Source of the DNA: Paraspadella gotoi
Taxonomy: Eukaryota > Animalia > Chaetognatha
Assembly: GCA_051294375.1 (NCBI GenBank)
Contig: CM119270.1
Location: forward strand, 6,999,279-7,063,278
Length of the DNA: 64,000 nt
Reading direction: 5' to 3'
The position numbers and the translations under genes were made by a program. Of this stretch, positions 52,251-63,943 are shown piece after piece. Positions within the stretch are counted from its first letter, which is position 1. Every line of letters begins with the position of its first letter. The notes under the pieces were generated by a model. That model ran no database searches. It was not told the origin of the DNA and saw nothing but the letters and a program-made list of their open reading frames with translations.

Positions 52251-52960
52251 TAAGTTATGCGAGGACCCGAAGGAATAAATTAGCGTCGCCTGCGTCGTCG
52301 TCTACGTCGTCGTCGTTGAGACGCCCTCTTTGCCCCGGTCGTCCTCATCCGGGGCCCTTTGACGCCGCGACGCCGCGGCGCGTTCCCCGCGGACGCGCAA
52401 CGAACGACGCAGGCGCACAAACTTTTTCCTTCTCTCCTCCTCTTCCTTTTCCTCCTCCTCCTCCTCTTCGACCCTTGACGACAAAGGAAAAGAAAGAGAG
52501 AGAGAGAGTCAGGGACATGGCGCCTCCGATGGCGAACGGACAGGGGGAAAATCGGGCTGAACAAAAGGGCAGAATGATATTAGTAGATTAGTAATAGCAT
52601 TAGGCTGGTCTGCCGACTGGTTAAGAAGGTGGGCTGCGAGCTGAAGGCAACATTGAACTCCGGGAAAAATTACAATTATTCGCTTCATAAATTTAAATCT
52701 TAAAATTGAATTTTTTAGGAGGTGGGTTTATTGCTCGTTAATTTAGGAATCTTTTAAGTTTAACTGTTGAGTATATTCCCCGAATTGTTTCGAGCTTCCT
52801 CTACTAGCTGACATTATCTAAAATTATCTATAATGATATATAATTTTACTTTTTGGAATTTGGGACAATTAGATTCGTTTCCACCACTTAATCCCAACTT
52901 CAAAATAAAAGGCTCTGGTGGTCCTATCACCACAGATGGATTTAAGCTGTTTCTTTCACA

Positions 52961-53193
52961 GCGCCTCAGTGGCTCAGTGGACTAATGCACCATCCCAATG
53001 TGCGTCCCTGGTTCGAGCCCTGAGGTTGTCATGTAGAAAGTGGGATGGACCGGGTAACCCGCCTGTAGGCATGGGCCTACTGCCAGATCCAAAGCTCTGG
53101 ACTACATGAACATGCTGTCTCGCTGTTGCCACGAGGTGACACCGCTGCGGGTGTGGCGCCCTGTAAAACCAGCCTCTTCAAGGCAATCTTTTT
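52961..53193 (+). ncRNA. tRNA-headed Pol III-type structured RNA unit (young SINE or unknown ncRNA)
   Basis: A box TGGCTCAGTGG (52970-52980), B box GGTTCGAGCCC (53010-53020), closing stem CCTCAG/CTGAGG, multi-hairpin body and a T5 run at 53189-53193. Confidence 0.7.
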
Positions 53194-53615
53194 GAATAAC
53201 TGAAATTAAAAAAATCACAAGAGCCAGCGGGTCTAGGCAGGCTCGACCTCGTATCCCGGAGGCTTGGGGCTTGAGCCTTGTCTCACTCAGTTAGAGTCCC
53301 GTTCTTATCAGTATAGTTAATATCGTTTAAATGATTTCGCACGAATCCGAATACTAATATTATATTAAATAAATATCTGAAATCACCTTAAGTAAAGTAA
53401 TAAGTTGTATAAAATAGTCGATGAGAAGTTCCAGTCGTCCATCCAACTTAAAATTAGCTTAAATTTAATAAAAATGAAAACCTATCACCTCTACGCCAAG
53501 AAAACTAACTTGCTATGATTCAAAAATCGGTAGAAGGTAAAGTATAAAAACACAATTTTATTGACACGCAACCCGAAATAGTTTCGGAATGAGACACTAG
53601 TTTATTAAATTCATT

Positions 53616-56600
53616 TTATTTATCGACTAATGCGACGCAATCGTCATGTAGCAGAATAGAGAGTTTGTTCGATGGATTCACGGACGAATCTTTGACATCT
53701 TCTTTTTCGCCGTCGTCGTTTTCCACGTCCTCGTCGTCATGACTAATGTCCTCCCATTCGTCGTCGTCGTCGTCTCCACCCGAGATGGCATCGTCTGCCA
53801 TCTGTGCCTTTTTCGAATTCGCGCTGTCGGTCGATTCGTCTCTTTGTTGGTCGGTTACTTTCTTTCCGTCATTCTTTCTTTCGACGCAAAGGCCTGGAAA
53901 AAAAAATTATATGGATTGTAAAAGCAGAAGAAATAAAAAAATAATAAATTTATATAGGAACAGGTCTTAACGAATAAAGCGATAAAACCGGTTACATTCT
54001 CACATAAAATGATCTCACCCGTTATCGAAAACGCATTATTCTTACCTTCGATGCCACTGGTGAGACTGAAGCCCTCACCCAAAATATCCTCGGGTTTGAG
54101 CAAAAGTTCATCCAATTCATCTTCTGGATTGTATTCGTCCAATTCGATTTCGTCTTCTCGACTCCTAGAGATTAAAATAAAAGAATAAATGTTCAGATAA
54201 AATACTTGAAATTGACCACATCATATTTTTTTAGTCGGATCTGCTTTGTTGGTCCGTCGGTCCCACTCCAAAAGGTTGTCGGGCAATCACTTAAATCATG
54301 TCAGAACACCAAGTTATGATAAATTAAGCAAAAAAACAAAACAATGTCCGTCTGTCCGTCCCCCCTTAGCATTAAACTCGTGATTGGATGGTTGGATTGG
54401 AATGAAATTTTGTGTGTGCGTGGGAAAGTGTGTGATTGAGCTGGATATAAAATTTCTATGGAATCGTGCAAGTGGAAATGAGTTTAAATGGAAGACAAAA
54501 GTCATATTTACTTGAAGTATTTTTACTTATATTTATTCATTATAATTATATTTATTAAAAATTGAATAGATAAATTGATATGAAATTTTGTGTGTGGGTA
54601 GGAAAGTATGTGATTAAGCTGGATAGTTTTGATAGAATCGTCCAAGTGGAAACGAGTTTAAATTAGAAAACCAAAAGAAACATTTATTTGAATTTTTAAA
54701 AGTTTCTCTCTATCTGATTGATTGATTGATTGAATTATGCCAGTTGACCAAATTATGCCAGTTAATAAAATTATGCCGGTTGACCAAATTATGCCGGTTG
54801 ACCAAATTATGTCTGTTGACCAAATTATGCAAGTACTTAATGGCGCAGCAACTGGTAAAGATTTGATTTATAGATTTACTCATAGATTTATTAAGAAGTT
54901 TGTTTTGATTTGTTATGTTTCGATTTGTTATGATCTTAAATTGAAAGTCAGAAAAAAATTACCGTGATTTATAATCGGATTAGCTTATTACCGCTTAATT
55001 ATGGTAGGCAGATCCGACATTGTTTGCTCAAACTTGTTTTCGTTCCATTTACCTGTTCTCGCGTTGCTTTTTGATGTCGGCCAATATTTTCGATTTTGGC
55101 GAAAGAATAAAAGATGGAGGATTCGGTCGTCGACTCTCCCGCTGAGACTTCAAGCTTTGGGAACCTGCAAAAAAATGATTTTAATTAATTTATTTCTTAA
55201 CATTATCAGAATACAAACAATATGAATATTGTAATTAAAGTCAGTATGTTTCCCTGTAAAAATAACACGAGCATCGTCGTTCTTAAATCAAATACTTACC
55301 TTTCGGCGGCGTTCTCTGCGGTTTCGCCGAACGTCCGTCTAATAGGCCCGCCACGTTGAAGTCTGCAGCTTTCGAGGTCGAGTCGTTAGAATCTGTCGCG
55401 GAGTTACCGGGGTCTTTCGACGTCTGTAACGTTTCTTTCGAAGTCAAAAGTGAATCGGATTCTCGGTGAACTTTTTGCTCGGCGAGGTCGTTGGCTCTGG
55501 GGGTCAACGCTGCGTCGATTTCGGGGTTTTCAGCTTTCACTCCAGCTGCGGTGAATGCTGCGTCGGCGGTCGAGTCGTCGTCATCCGGAAGCCACGCCGC
55601 CTCCGCCGATTTTCTTAAATCCTCCTCAGCCAGACGTAGCGCCTCTTCCGGACTCAGGCGCAATTTGATCTTTAACGTGTGACCCAACGCTTCGACGCGC
55701 CGGGAGGTGGAGGGGGCGCCAGAGTCTGAAGCGCCGCTTTTCTCCGGCGACGACGTCCACGACGAGGCCGAAGGCGCTGGAGACGACGCCGAGGACGGGG
55801 ATGCTGGTAACGAGATTTTATCGGGACTGACGGCAACGTTGTTTGCTCGGGGCGGTTGTCGCCATCCCGGCTGCAGATCCGCCGGCATCTGAATCTTGAC
55901 CAGTTGCTGCTGTTGTCTGGGCTGTCGCTGCTGTTGGGATGCACGAGAGCCAGACGGGTAACGGGTTCTAGACTGGTTACGGGCGTGGGATGAAATGTCG
56001 GTTCGGCCACCCGAACGTCGGGGTTTTGCTTGAAGGGATGCTGGAAGGGGAAGATTGAAGATTTAGTTAGAATCTATCAAATTTGAAAACTTTTTATTCC
56101 TATAATGGGGTTACCGTACTAAAAAAAAATCGCTAGCAAAATGAATTTTTTGTCACGGTTCACATTCAAATACAACCACAAATAAATAAATATAAGAAGC
56201 CCAGTAGGAAAGTTATAGCTATAAAGACGTGGTCAGCAAAAGAGGCTAGTTAAAAATACGAGCAGCATGCGATATAAATTTCAACAAGCAGTATTAGTTG
56301 AGTAAAGTGGTAGGAAACAAAGTCCAGTTAGCATACTGAAAGCGTGCATAGAGACACGTGCGATCCATAGTGCACAGTCCACGTGTTTTACCATTTGCTG
56401 GAGTGACGCGAGGATAACTCGCCGTTCGCGAATTACTACTTTCTGAACTGTTTAAACGCTTCGAGGGTTGCTCCACGAGCTGCTCCGCGCGTTTATGGAG
56501 CTGTTGCTGCTGCTGCTGTAGCATGGCGAAAGACGCGGCCAAGGGCTGAAGGTTGAAGGGAGCCGGGGCTGTAGCGGGAGCGGAAGCGAAAAAAGGAGCC

Positions 56601-59600
56601 GGTTGCGTCGTTTGATACTGCTGTTGTTGCTGTACTTGCTGCGACTGCCGCAGTCTTTGTCGGATCAGTTGTGCCTGCTGCAGTTGCTGCGGGGAGGGCG
56701 CGATCGCGGCGAAGGTTGGGGCAGCGAACGAAGGTGGAGCGGAGAAGGTCGAGACCGGCGCCGGGGCTACCGGAGAGAACGCCGGCGACGCCGCTCCGAT
56801 AAACGGAGGGGATTTAGGCGTCGGCACGAAAGGAACCGCCGTCGGTTGCAACTTCGAGGCCAAAACATCGACGTTGGCTAAGGGCGGCGCCATTGGTCGC
56901 CCGAAAAAAAGCGTCGTTGGCGGCGCCGCTACGGAAACCGGCGTGGCGCTGCCGAAGATCGCGGGCGCTCTGAGAGGAGGCGCCGTCGACGAAGTAGGCG
57001 ACGCAAATGTGGGCGGCGCGACCAACGGACGACCGGACGTCGACGTCGCCAAGGAAGACGAAATCGAGATGAGAGCCACTCTCGGAGGAGAGACGGCCTG
57101 CTTCCTGGGCGTCGTCGATGACGTGGTTGGTGGCGCCGCTGAAACTGACGGCGCCGAAAAGGTAACGCTTTGCGACGTTGGCGGCGAAGTTGCTTTGCTG
57201 GACAAACGAGAGTCTCCCGTGTTGAGGAATCGACCGCTGCCGATACGGCTCCCTTGAAGTGCGACGAAAGGGTTGTAGCGGGAACGATGGAGCGGTGGTC
57301 GTCGAGCGGGAGAAGAGGAGCGGTGAAGGAGCGGTGAAGGAGCGGGTAGATGAAGCATACAATGTTGATAATGTGGATAAGTAGGGATAGTGGGTGTTGG
57401 GAAAGAAAGACCAAATAGGGAAGAGGGGTAGAAAGATTAAGAAAGAAAGAAAGAAAAAATATGAAGGAAAGAGAAAGAAAGAAAGAAATAAAGAAAAAGA
57501 AAGAAAGAAATAAAGAAAAAGAAATAAAGAGAAAGAAAGAAAGAAAAAGAAATAAAGATAAAGAAAAAGAAAGAAAAAAGAAAAAAAAAGCAAAAAAAAA
57601 AAGAAGAAAGAAAGCAAAAAGAAAAAAAGGAAAGAAAGAAAACATTCAAAACAAGTGTAAAAGAAAAGAGCAAATAGAGAGTTCAAATTAGTTATTTTGT
57701 GACCATACAACTCCAGTTGCGTGATATTGATACAGCGTCTATACCTATTTTATACATATGGAAAAATATGTATTTCTATACCTAGAGTTTGGTTCGTTTT
57801 AATCTAAAATCTAAGAATAAACGTTATGTATGGTAAAATTTGGTGTTTAGATTTGCTTTGTTTTCGTTGTTATTTCGGGATTTCGATCTATTATTTTTAC
57901 TCACCCGATCCTTTTATGTTTTTGGTGTTTTGTCTCGCCCCGAAAAGCGGCGCTGGTTTGGCACCACCCTCCTCGACTTGCGGCGTCGATTTAACAACGC
58001 CGTCTTCGAAATGAGGGGGCGACTTAGCGGCGGTTGCGTCTTCGCAGTTTCGATTCGTATTCGCGTTGCCTTCAGTTTTGGATGAGAATCTCTGAGGCGC
58101 TTCCTCGCTCTCCCACACCGCGGCAATCTCTCTCTCTCTTCTCTCTCCCAATCTGTCCTTGATTGACCCGCCCTCTACTTTAGCGGACGAGTCCGAGAAC
58201 GCCGCGTCAGTCCCGCCACGCCGCTCGGCGCCCTTCTCGGCGTCCCAGGCGCGCTTCCAGGAACCGGAAGTGCTCTTGGCGCGCTTTACGCGTTCGTCGT
58301 CGATGGCCGCGCGTTCTTTGCGCCACGTGGCGTAGTTGGCATCTCCTTTGGCGTCCTGGCGGAAGAGGAACGAACAATTCAAAAAATTACAGACGGAGCT
58401 AATTGAAGCAAATTAAGCAGACAATTAAAACTTTCTCACCTCATTTGGGTGGGTTTCGTTTCTCGCTTCAGTCCCATCTTCCCATTTTTGCGCATCTTCA
58501 AAATTTTCGTTACGTCTGAAAACAACAATGACAATGAAAAGCTAAAGAAATAAAATAAAAGCATCTCTGAAATTGATATCAAAATATGATAAGAAAAAAA
58601 AAGGTAAAACTTTTGGTGAAATAAAAACGTATCGAAAAGAATAAAAACATCTTAATTGTTTTCAAAATTGTCGGGTCATCTTTATATCAACAACGCTTTA
58701 TTATTTTGTCTTTTTATTCAAATTCTCATATCCCTTTCCCCTCCCAAATATTTTTTCACCTCCATTCCTTCCCGCCCTTAGGCCTGCCGCCCCTTCGACC
58801 CTCAGCTCCGGGCGCCGCTCCAGAGTGCCACGCCGGTTTTCCGCCATCTCGGTTCCTCGAAGCCGATGACGCCGGTTCGTCGCGTCTGCCGGCGGCGCCG
58901 CTTCGCCGTTTGAGATTCTGCGGCGACCGCTCTTCGTCTGAGACGAAAGGGTTGAGGGGGTGGCTGTAGCCGTTGGAGACGGGATCGTGATGCTGCTTTA
59001 GCTGCGTCTGTTGCTGTGTCTGCTGCTGCTGTTGCTGCTGCTGAGGCGACGCTTGGCCTACTTGATCGACGGCTTTGCCTTGAAGGGAAGCCAGGCGACG
59101 ACCGCGGCCGGCGGCGTAGAGGGATGGGCGGATTTTCTTGCGTTCGGCCTGAGGTTTGGGTAGAAGGATGAGGTGTGGGCGAGTAGAAGGGAAAGAAAAT
59201 AAGGTGTTACTGATAAATTTTTAACGATCGAATGGTCATTGGAGCAGATTGTTAATGTGTAGCGTCGAATAGTCAAACAGACAAATAATTAACGTTCAAA
59301 GATAATTAAGTTCAAAGAGAAAAAAAAAAATTCTCTCATCGCAAAATGTTTTCGCAAACAGGAGTGACTTTCGAAGTATTTTAATCTCTAGATTTTTTTT
59401 TCAACTCAGTTGAACGAAAGTAGGTTAACAAGCAAAGACAGAAAAATATAAAGAAAACTTAATATATGTTAGTTATCCCATGTTCTTTTCTAATCGGGTT
59501 TATATATATCTGTTTTAAATTTTAAAAAATCATAATCCAAAGTTTCAAGTTTTACTATGAACTCACCGAAAGGTTCATGTTGAACTCAGGGCCGAAATGC

Positions 59601-60494
59601 ACCACTTCATTGGACCCCAAACTAGGTTGACCCTTGACCCCGTCCGCTTGATTCTTGACCCCGTGACCCAAGCGATGGGTCAGGTCGGATCCTTCGTGAC
59701 TGACCAGCGAAGAAGTTTGTCTCCTCATGTCGAGATTCGCGTTTTTGTCTTTTGCCGATTTTTTGTCCTCTTCAATTTCCTGGAAAAGAAAAAAAAAATA
59801 AAAAAAGTTGAGTATAAAGTTATAAACCAAAGGAAAGATAATATGTTCGAGTATAAATCATAACAGATTCCTGCAACTGAATTAAATACAAAAGGTAGCA
59901 AGGCAATTTTAAAATTTTAATTGCAACGACATCTCTGGTTTGTAACCAAAAAAAAAATGTTTGGAAACGTCTCCACCGAAAGAATTCGAAAATAAAAAGT
60001 TTGTTTCGTCACGTCAGTGAATCCGGGATATTTTCCGTTTGACGGGAATAATAAACGTCAAAAGTCCTTGATTTTTGGAGAAAATAAAAACCTTTATTAT
60101 CGTAATAATTATCATGATTGATTAATTGTCGTGGATGCTCTTACATAAACTAAATTCGAAAGCAGCAATTCTTCTCGTTCACTAGAAAACCTTATTTTAA
60201 ATCTTCATAAATAGAACTTACAACCGGTATTTATATTTTTCCTATCGATGGTAAATGAAAATGACCACAAAGAAAAAAAACTATATTACTCACCTGATGA
60301 CGCTTTTGAATGGCTTCGTTCTTTTTTCGTATTTCCTCCATCTTCTTGTTGATCCTCGCCTCCTTTTCTTCTTTCGTCATTTCCCACCCTCCACCATCGC
60401 CATCTCCACCACCGCCATCTCCACCACCGCCACCGCCCGCCCCCCTTCCGCCCCCCGCCTGGCGTCCTTGTCGCTCTTTCACTTTCGACGACAT
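53616..60494 (-). CDS. CCDC9: CCDC9-like coiled-coil protein with long low-complexity insertions, about 1155 aa
   Basis: Exons (minus): 60494-60294, 59779-59567, 59148-58760, 58515-58440, 58355-57905, 57252-56392, 56040-55300, 55164-55053, 54164-54019, 53893-53616; total 3468 nt with consistent phases. CCDC9-type blocks: KEEKEARINKKMEEIRKKNEAIQKRHQEIEEDKK, WRKERAAIDDERVKRAKSTSGSWKRAWDAEK and acidic DEWEDIS. Confidence 0.8.
54402..54692. repeat. Diverged direct duplication of about 115 bp
   Basis: ATGAAATTTTGTGTGTG.GT.GGAAAGT.TGTGATT.AGCTGGATA...GAATCGT.CAAGTGGAAA.GAGTTTAAAT at about 54402 and about 54580. Preceded by a TTTTTAGTCGG/(GTCC)n HINE-like start near 54230-54360. Confidence 0.75.
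54733..54830. repeat. 18-bp tandem repeat (AATTATGCCRGTTGACCA), about 5 copies
   Basis: Directly visible; lies in a CCDC9-like intron and produces the spurious MPVDQI repeat ORF. Confidence 0.9.
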
Positions 60495-60514
60495 CACTTT
60501 CTGACTCTGGAGAG

Positions 60515-60855
60515 AAAAATGATTGGGTGAATGATTAAAGCAAATAAAAAGTGGAAAATGATTGGTTGAATGATTAAAGCAAATAAAAAGTGGAAAATGA
60601 TTGGTTGAATGATTAAAACAAATAAAAAGTGAAAAATGATTGGTTGAATGATTAAAGCAAATAAAAAGTGGAAAATGATTGGTTGAATGATTAAAGCAAA
60701 TAAAAAGTGGAAAATGATTGGTTGAATGATTAAAGCAAATAAAAGTGGAAAATGATTGGTCGAAGGATTAAAGTAAATAAAAAGTCGAAAAATGATTGGT
60801 TGAAGGATTACAGTAAATAAAAAGTCGAAAAATGATTGGTTGAAGGATTAAAGCA
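60515..60855. repeat. 39-bp minisatellite, about 9 copies (GAAAATGATTGGTTGAATGATTAAAGCAAATAAAAAGTG)
   Basis: Head-to-tail units without spacers, abutting the acceptor of the first coding exon of the CCDC9-like gene. Confidence 0.92.
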
Positions 60856-61734
60856 AGAGACACAAAAATTATGAACTTATCGGTTAAAAGGTTGTACATC
60901 ACGGAAAGTAAAGTCATTGAATCAGTGTATGATTGATACCAGACGTTTGGATGAATGGAATCACTCAACCGTTGCTAAAGATATCAATTATATTTAAAAT
61001 TCTACTAATTATCGAAAGGTATTTTTGCATATAGTATTGATAAAATAAAAATCAATGCTTGATTGATTGCTTGATTTACAAAAACCAAAGCAAAGACGAC
61101 CAAAGCATTCGATTGAATTTTACAAAATTTAATTGATTGAATTATTGATTTAACCTCCCGAGTTCGAGGTCCAGTTATCCAGTCACACATCCGATTGTAT
61201 TCTTCACAAATCGTCTTTTCTCACGCGATCAGCTCGCGACGACGACGACGACGACGACAACGACGATGGCAAGGACGAGACTACTCTAGTTTAAAAGTGT
61301 GTTATCTGATTTGTGCTTCTGTGCACAAAAAACAACGATATTGACATATTTGAATTAACAGGTCGTCAAAAGATTGAAAACATTAAGATTGATCTCGAGG
61401 CGAAAAGGGATTGACAAAGGATTGACCAATAAGGACTTATGTCAATCGATCAGAGATAACTGTCAAAAATTCAGAGAGAAAATAATCAAGTGAATAATAT
61501 TCGCTATTCTCTGAATATTCTAGTTTCAGGGTTTTGGATTCCCTTGACAATGCCGTCTGACAATCGAAACGTATTAAATAACAAGTATTTTAACTTTCCA
61601 ACAATCTGACAAACAGGGAAAAAACCAAACCATGAGGGTTCGACCGTTGGCCTCGCCCTCAACCAATCAATTAACAGCTCCAGACAATAAATTAATCAAT
61701 CAATCGATCAATTTGCGCCAAGAATCCAACTCAC

Positions 61735-62020
61735 CCGTGAATCAGGGATAAGAAGACGCCCGTATTTGCTGCGAAACGCTCATGACGAACCGTATGAGCA
61801 GAGGTCCGAGCAGATCTTAAGTCTTGACTCATCCCATCGAGGAACGGGACCAGCCTGGCTGGCTCTTCGTATTTCAGCTCTTTTTCTCTCTCTTCTTCTT
61901 CTTCTTTCTCTTTTTCTCTCTCTTCTTCTTCTTAAATTATTGATCTTCTTCCCTGACCTCGCCAAATAAAAGGGCTGCGGCTCCAATGAGAAACGACTTT
62001 TTCTCTCTAATTCTCCTGGC
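61735..62020 (-). other. Probable non-coding first exon of the CCDC9-like gene
   Basis: Strong donor CGG|GTGAGT ending at 61735 in a GC-richer patch. The first coding exon has an acceptor just upstream of its ATG (AG at 60508-60507). The upstream boundary is approximate. Confidence 0.5.
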
Positions 62021-62409
62021 GTCGAGCGGAAGAAGAGAAAAAAACAACAAAAGATTTAACTATAATTCTGAAATATAAATTTACTTTATTTCTTTGTGAT
62101 CCTAATATTTAGAAAAACTGCGATAAATATTTAACAGGTGCAGATTAAAAATAAAAGTCTAATGTTGGCAACATTGTTGTCGTTACTTGTTTTTTTAAAA
62201 GTTGATTGTACTTCTAAAGATCACAAACGAAGTAACTTTCATCCCCTAAAAATATTCATTTCTAAACTAAAGAGGTCAGTTCTGCTTTGTGGCAAGTATT
62301 CTCAAGCAGATGGTTGAACAAAAGTACAATTTATACATTAGAGTGGAGCTCTTGAGAACAAAAATTAACAATAATAATATTATGCGAGATAGTATAATTA
62401 TCGAGTATA

Positions 62410-62872
62410 AAAAATATTTTGTTCGTATTGTTTCGGGAATAAAAAATATATTTATAGTATTATCCTTATAAAATATGAAATTTTGTTAAAAATTTTGATT
62501 AAAGATTCGGATTTCTTTTAAAAAGTTAGACCAAAAATATAAAATATGTTATCATAAATTTCTATTATTAAAGTATCAAATTTTTTTAAAAAAATTAAAT
62601 TTTTTTATTTTTTTATTCTCTATAGTAGAAACTTATATGATAAACCGTTTTTGTCATTTAAATTAATATATTATATAGCATCTTTTACTAAAGTTTTTTT
62701 TTTTACGAATCCGAATCTGTAATTAATTTAAAAAAAAATTATTTTAAAATTTCTTAAATTTATAAGGATATTACTACAAAAAAAATGCATTTTGCTTTAC
62801 TGTTATGCTAAAAAAATTTTTAAAAGGTATGATTTTCTTTAATTACATATACGGAGGCAGCAAAAAATATTG
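62410..62872. mobile_element. AT-rich foldback/palindromic MITE-like element
   Basis: Nested inverted matches: TAGTATTATCCTTATAAA/TTTATAAGGATATTACTA, AGATTCGGATT/AATCCGAATCT and TTATCATAAATTTCTA/TAGAAACTTATATGATAA, centred near 62597. Confidence 0.65.
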
Positions 62873-63389
62873 TTAACTCGCTTAATCTTTTCATCACTCC
62901 ACCCTATTATACATCTCATAGCACAACGAAGGAAATAGGCGTGGTTTATTACGGGAGAAATAAGAGTTTTATCCATTCTCTGGAATGAGCAAAAGAATAT
63001 ACAAAAATACTTTATCGATGATTCTCAAAATGGAAAACTAGTTTTTAATTATGAATTCTCAATTAATCTATAGTTTGGACTAAAATCACATTTCTTGTAT
63101 GCTTTTAAATATATAAGTATATTTTTTTATATTTCCCTACCAGACGTTCTTTGCTTCCAATGCCTCGGGTGTCCAGGAGGAAACTATAAACAAATCAGTT
63201 TCAATGAAGAGAAAATAATATACGAGCAGAAGAAAAAGAGAAGAAAGAGAACGAGAAAGAGAGAGATGATTGAGTCAGGGTGTGGCGGTGTAGTTTTTTT
63301 CCCCGGGGTTTGTTTCAAATGAGGACCTCATGCTAAACCTCTAATCATGATCTGTTGAACACAATCAACCGAGAAAGAGCGACTGAAGC

Positions 63390-63391
<2 letters not shown>

Positions 63392-63465
<74 letters not shown>

Positions 63466-63594
63466 GATGACATCTAATAACGAATTCCTGGGATATTCGA
63501 TCGGTCGCGGCTCCCGGGCTGATGAAGATGGGGAGAGGGGGAGAGGAGAGAGAGGAGAGAAAGAGAGAAGAGAGAGAGAGAGAGGAAGAGAAGA

Positions 63595-63620
<26 letters not shown>
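63392..63620. repeat. (AG)n microsatellite blocks
   Basis: Perfect run at 63392-63463 and imperfect run at about 63537-63620. Confidence 0.9.
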
Positions 63621-63625
<5 letters not shown>

Positions 63626-63943
63626 GTATAATGGTTCCGTCCCCGTCTTAATGAATGATGTTGGTGTTTCTCTTTAAGAATCTTGTCCTTCTCATTCTAC
63701 CGCATGGACCGAATCCATTGGCTGAGTATTTTAAATCGCAAATTGTTAAACTCATTGTAACAAAATGACATTCCAGCAACTTTAGTATTAAATATTTTCG
63801 CCAATGCCACTTCCCACATTAATCCTGTTTTCAATAAACACCTTAATTTTATTTCCAACGTTTCTCGTCGGGTGAGTGGAACTGCTGATTTAAATTAATA
63901 AATATTTACCCTCTGATAAAAAAAAAAAAAATGAATCGGTGAG

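Noticed and set aside
52602-52664. Possible further tRNA-like head
   Set aside because: The A-box-like start is weak, with no convincing B box or stems.
53051-53061. TAACCC as a telomerase RNA template in the Pol III unit
   Set aside because: Only 6 nt, shorter than the roughly 1.5 repeats needed, and it sits within a hairpin.
53300-53323. GTTCTTATCAGT...TTAATATC similarity to U2 snRNA
   Set aside because: Only a 12+8 nt gapped match, with no flanking U2 sequence and no properly placed C/D boxes; likely chance.
56929-57710. Phe/Leu-rich 'membrane protein' ORFs (also 6194-6688, 45325-45609)
   Set aside because: Translations of intronic or UTR T-rich tracts.
60515-60855. 39-bp periodic array as a CRISPR array
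   Set aside because: Units are head-to-tail with no unique spacers, there are no cas genes, and the context is a eukaryotic intron.
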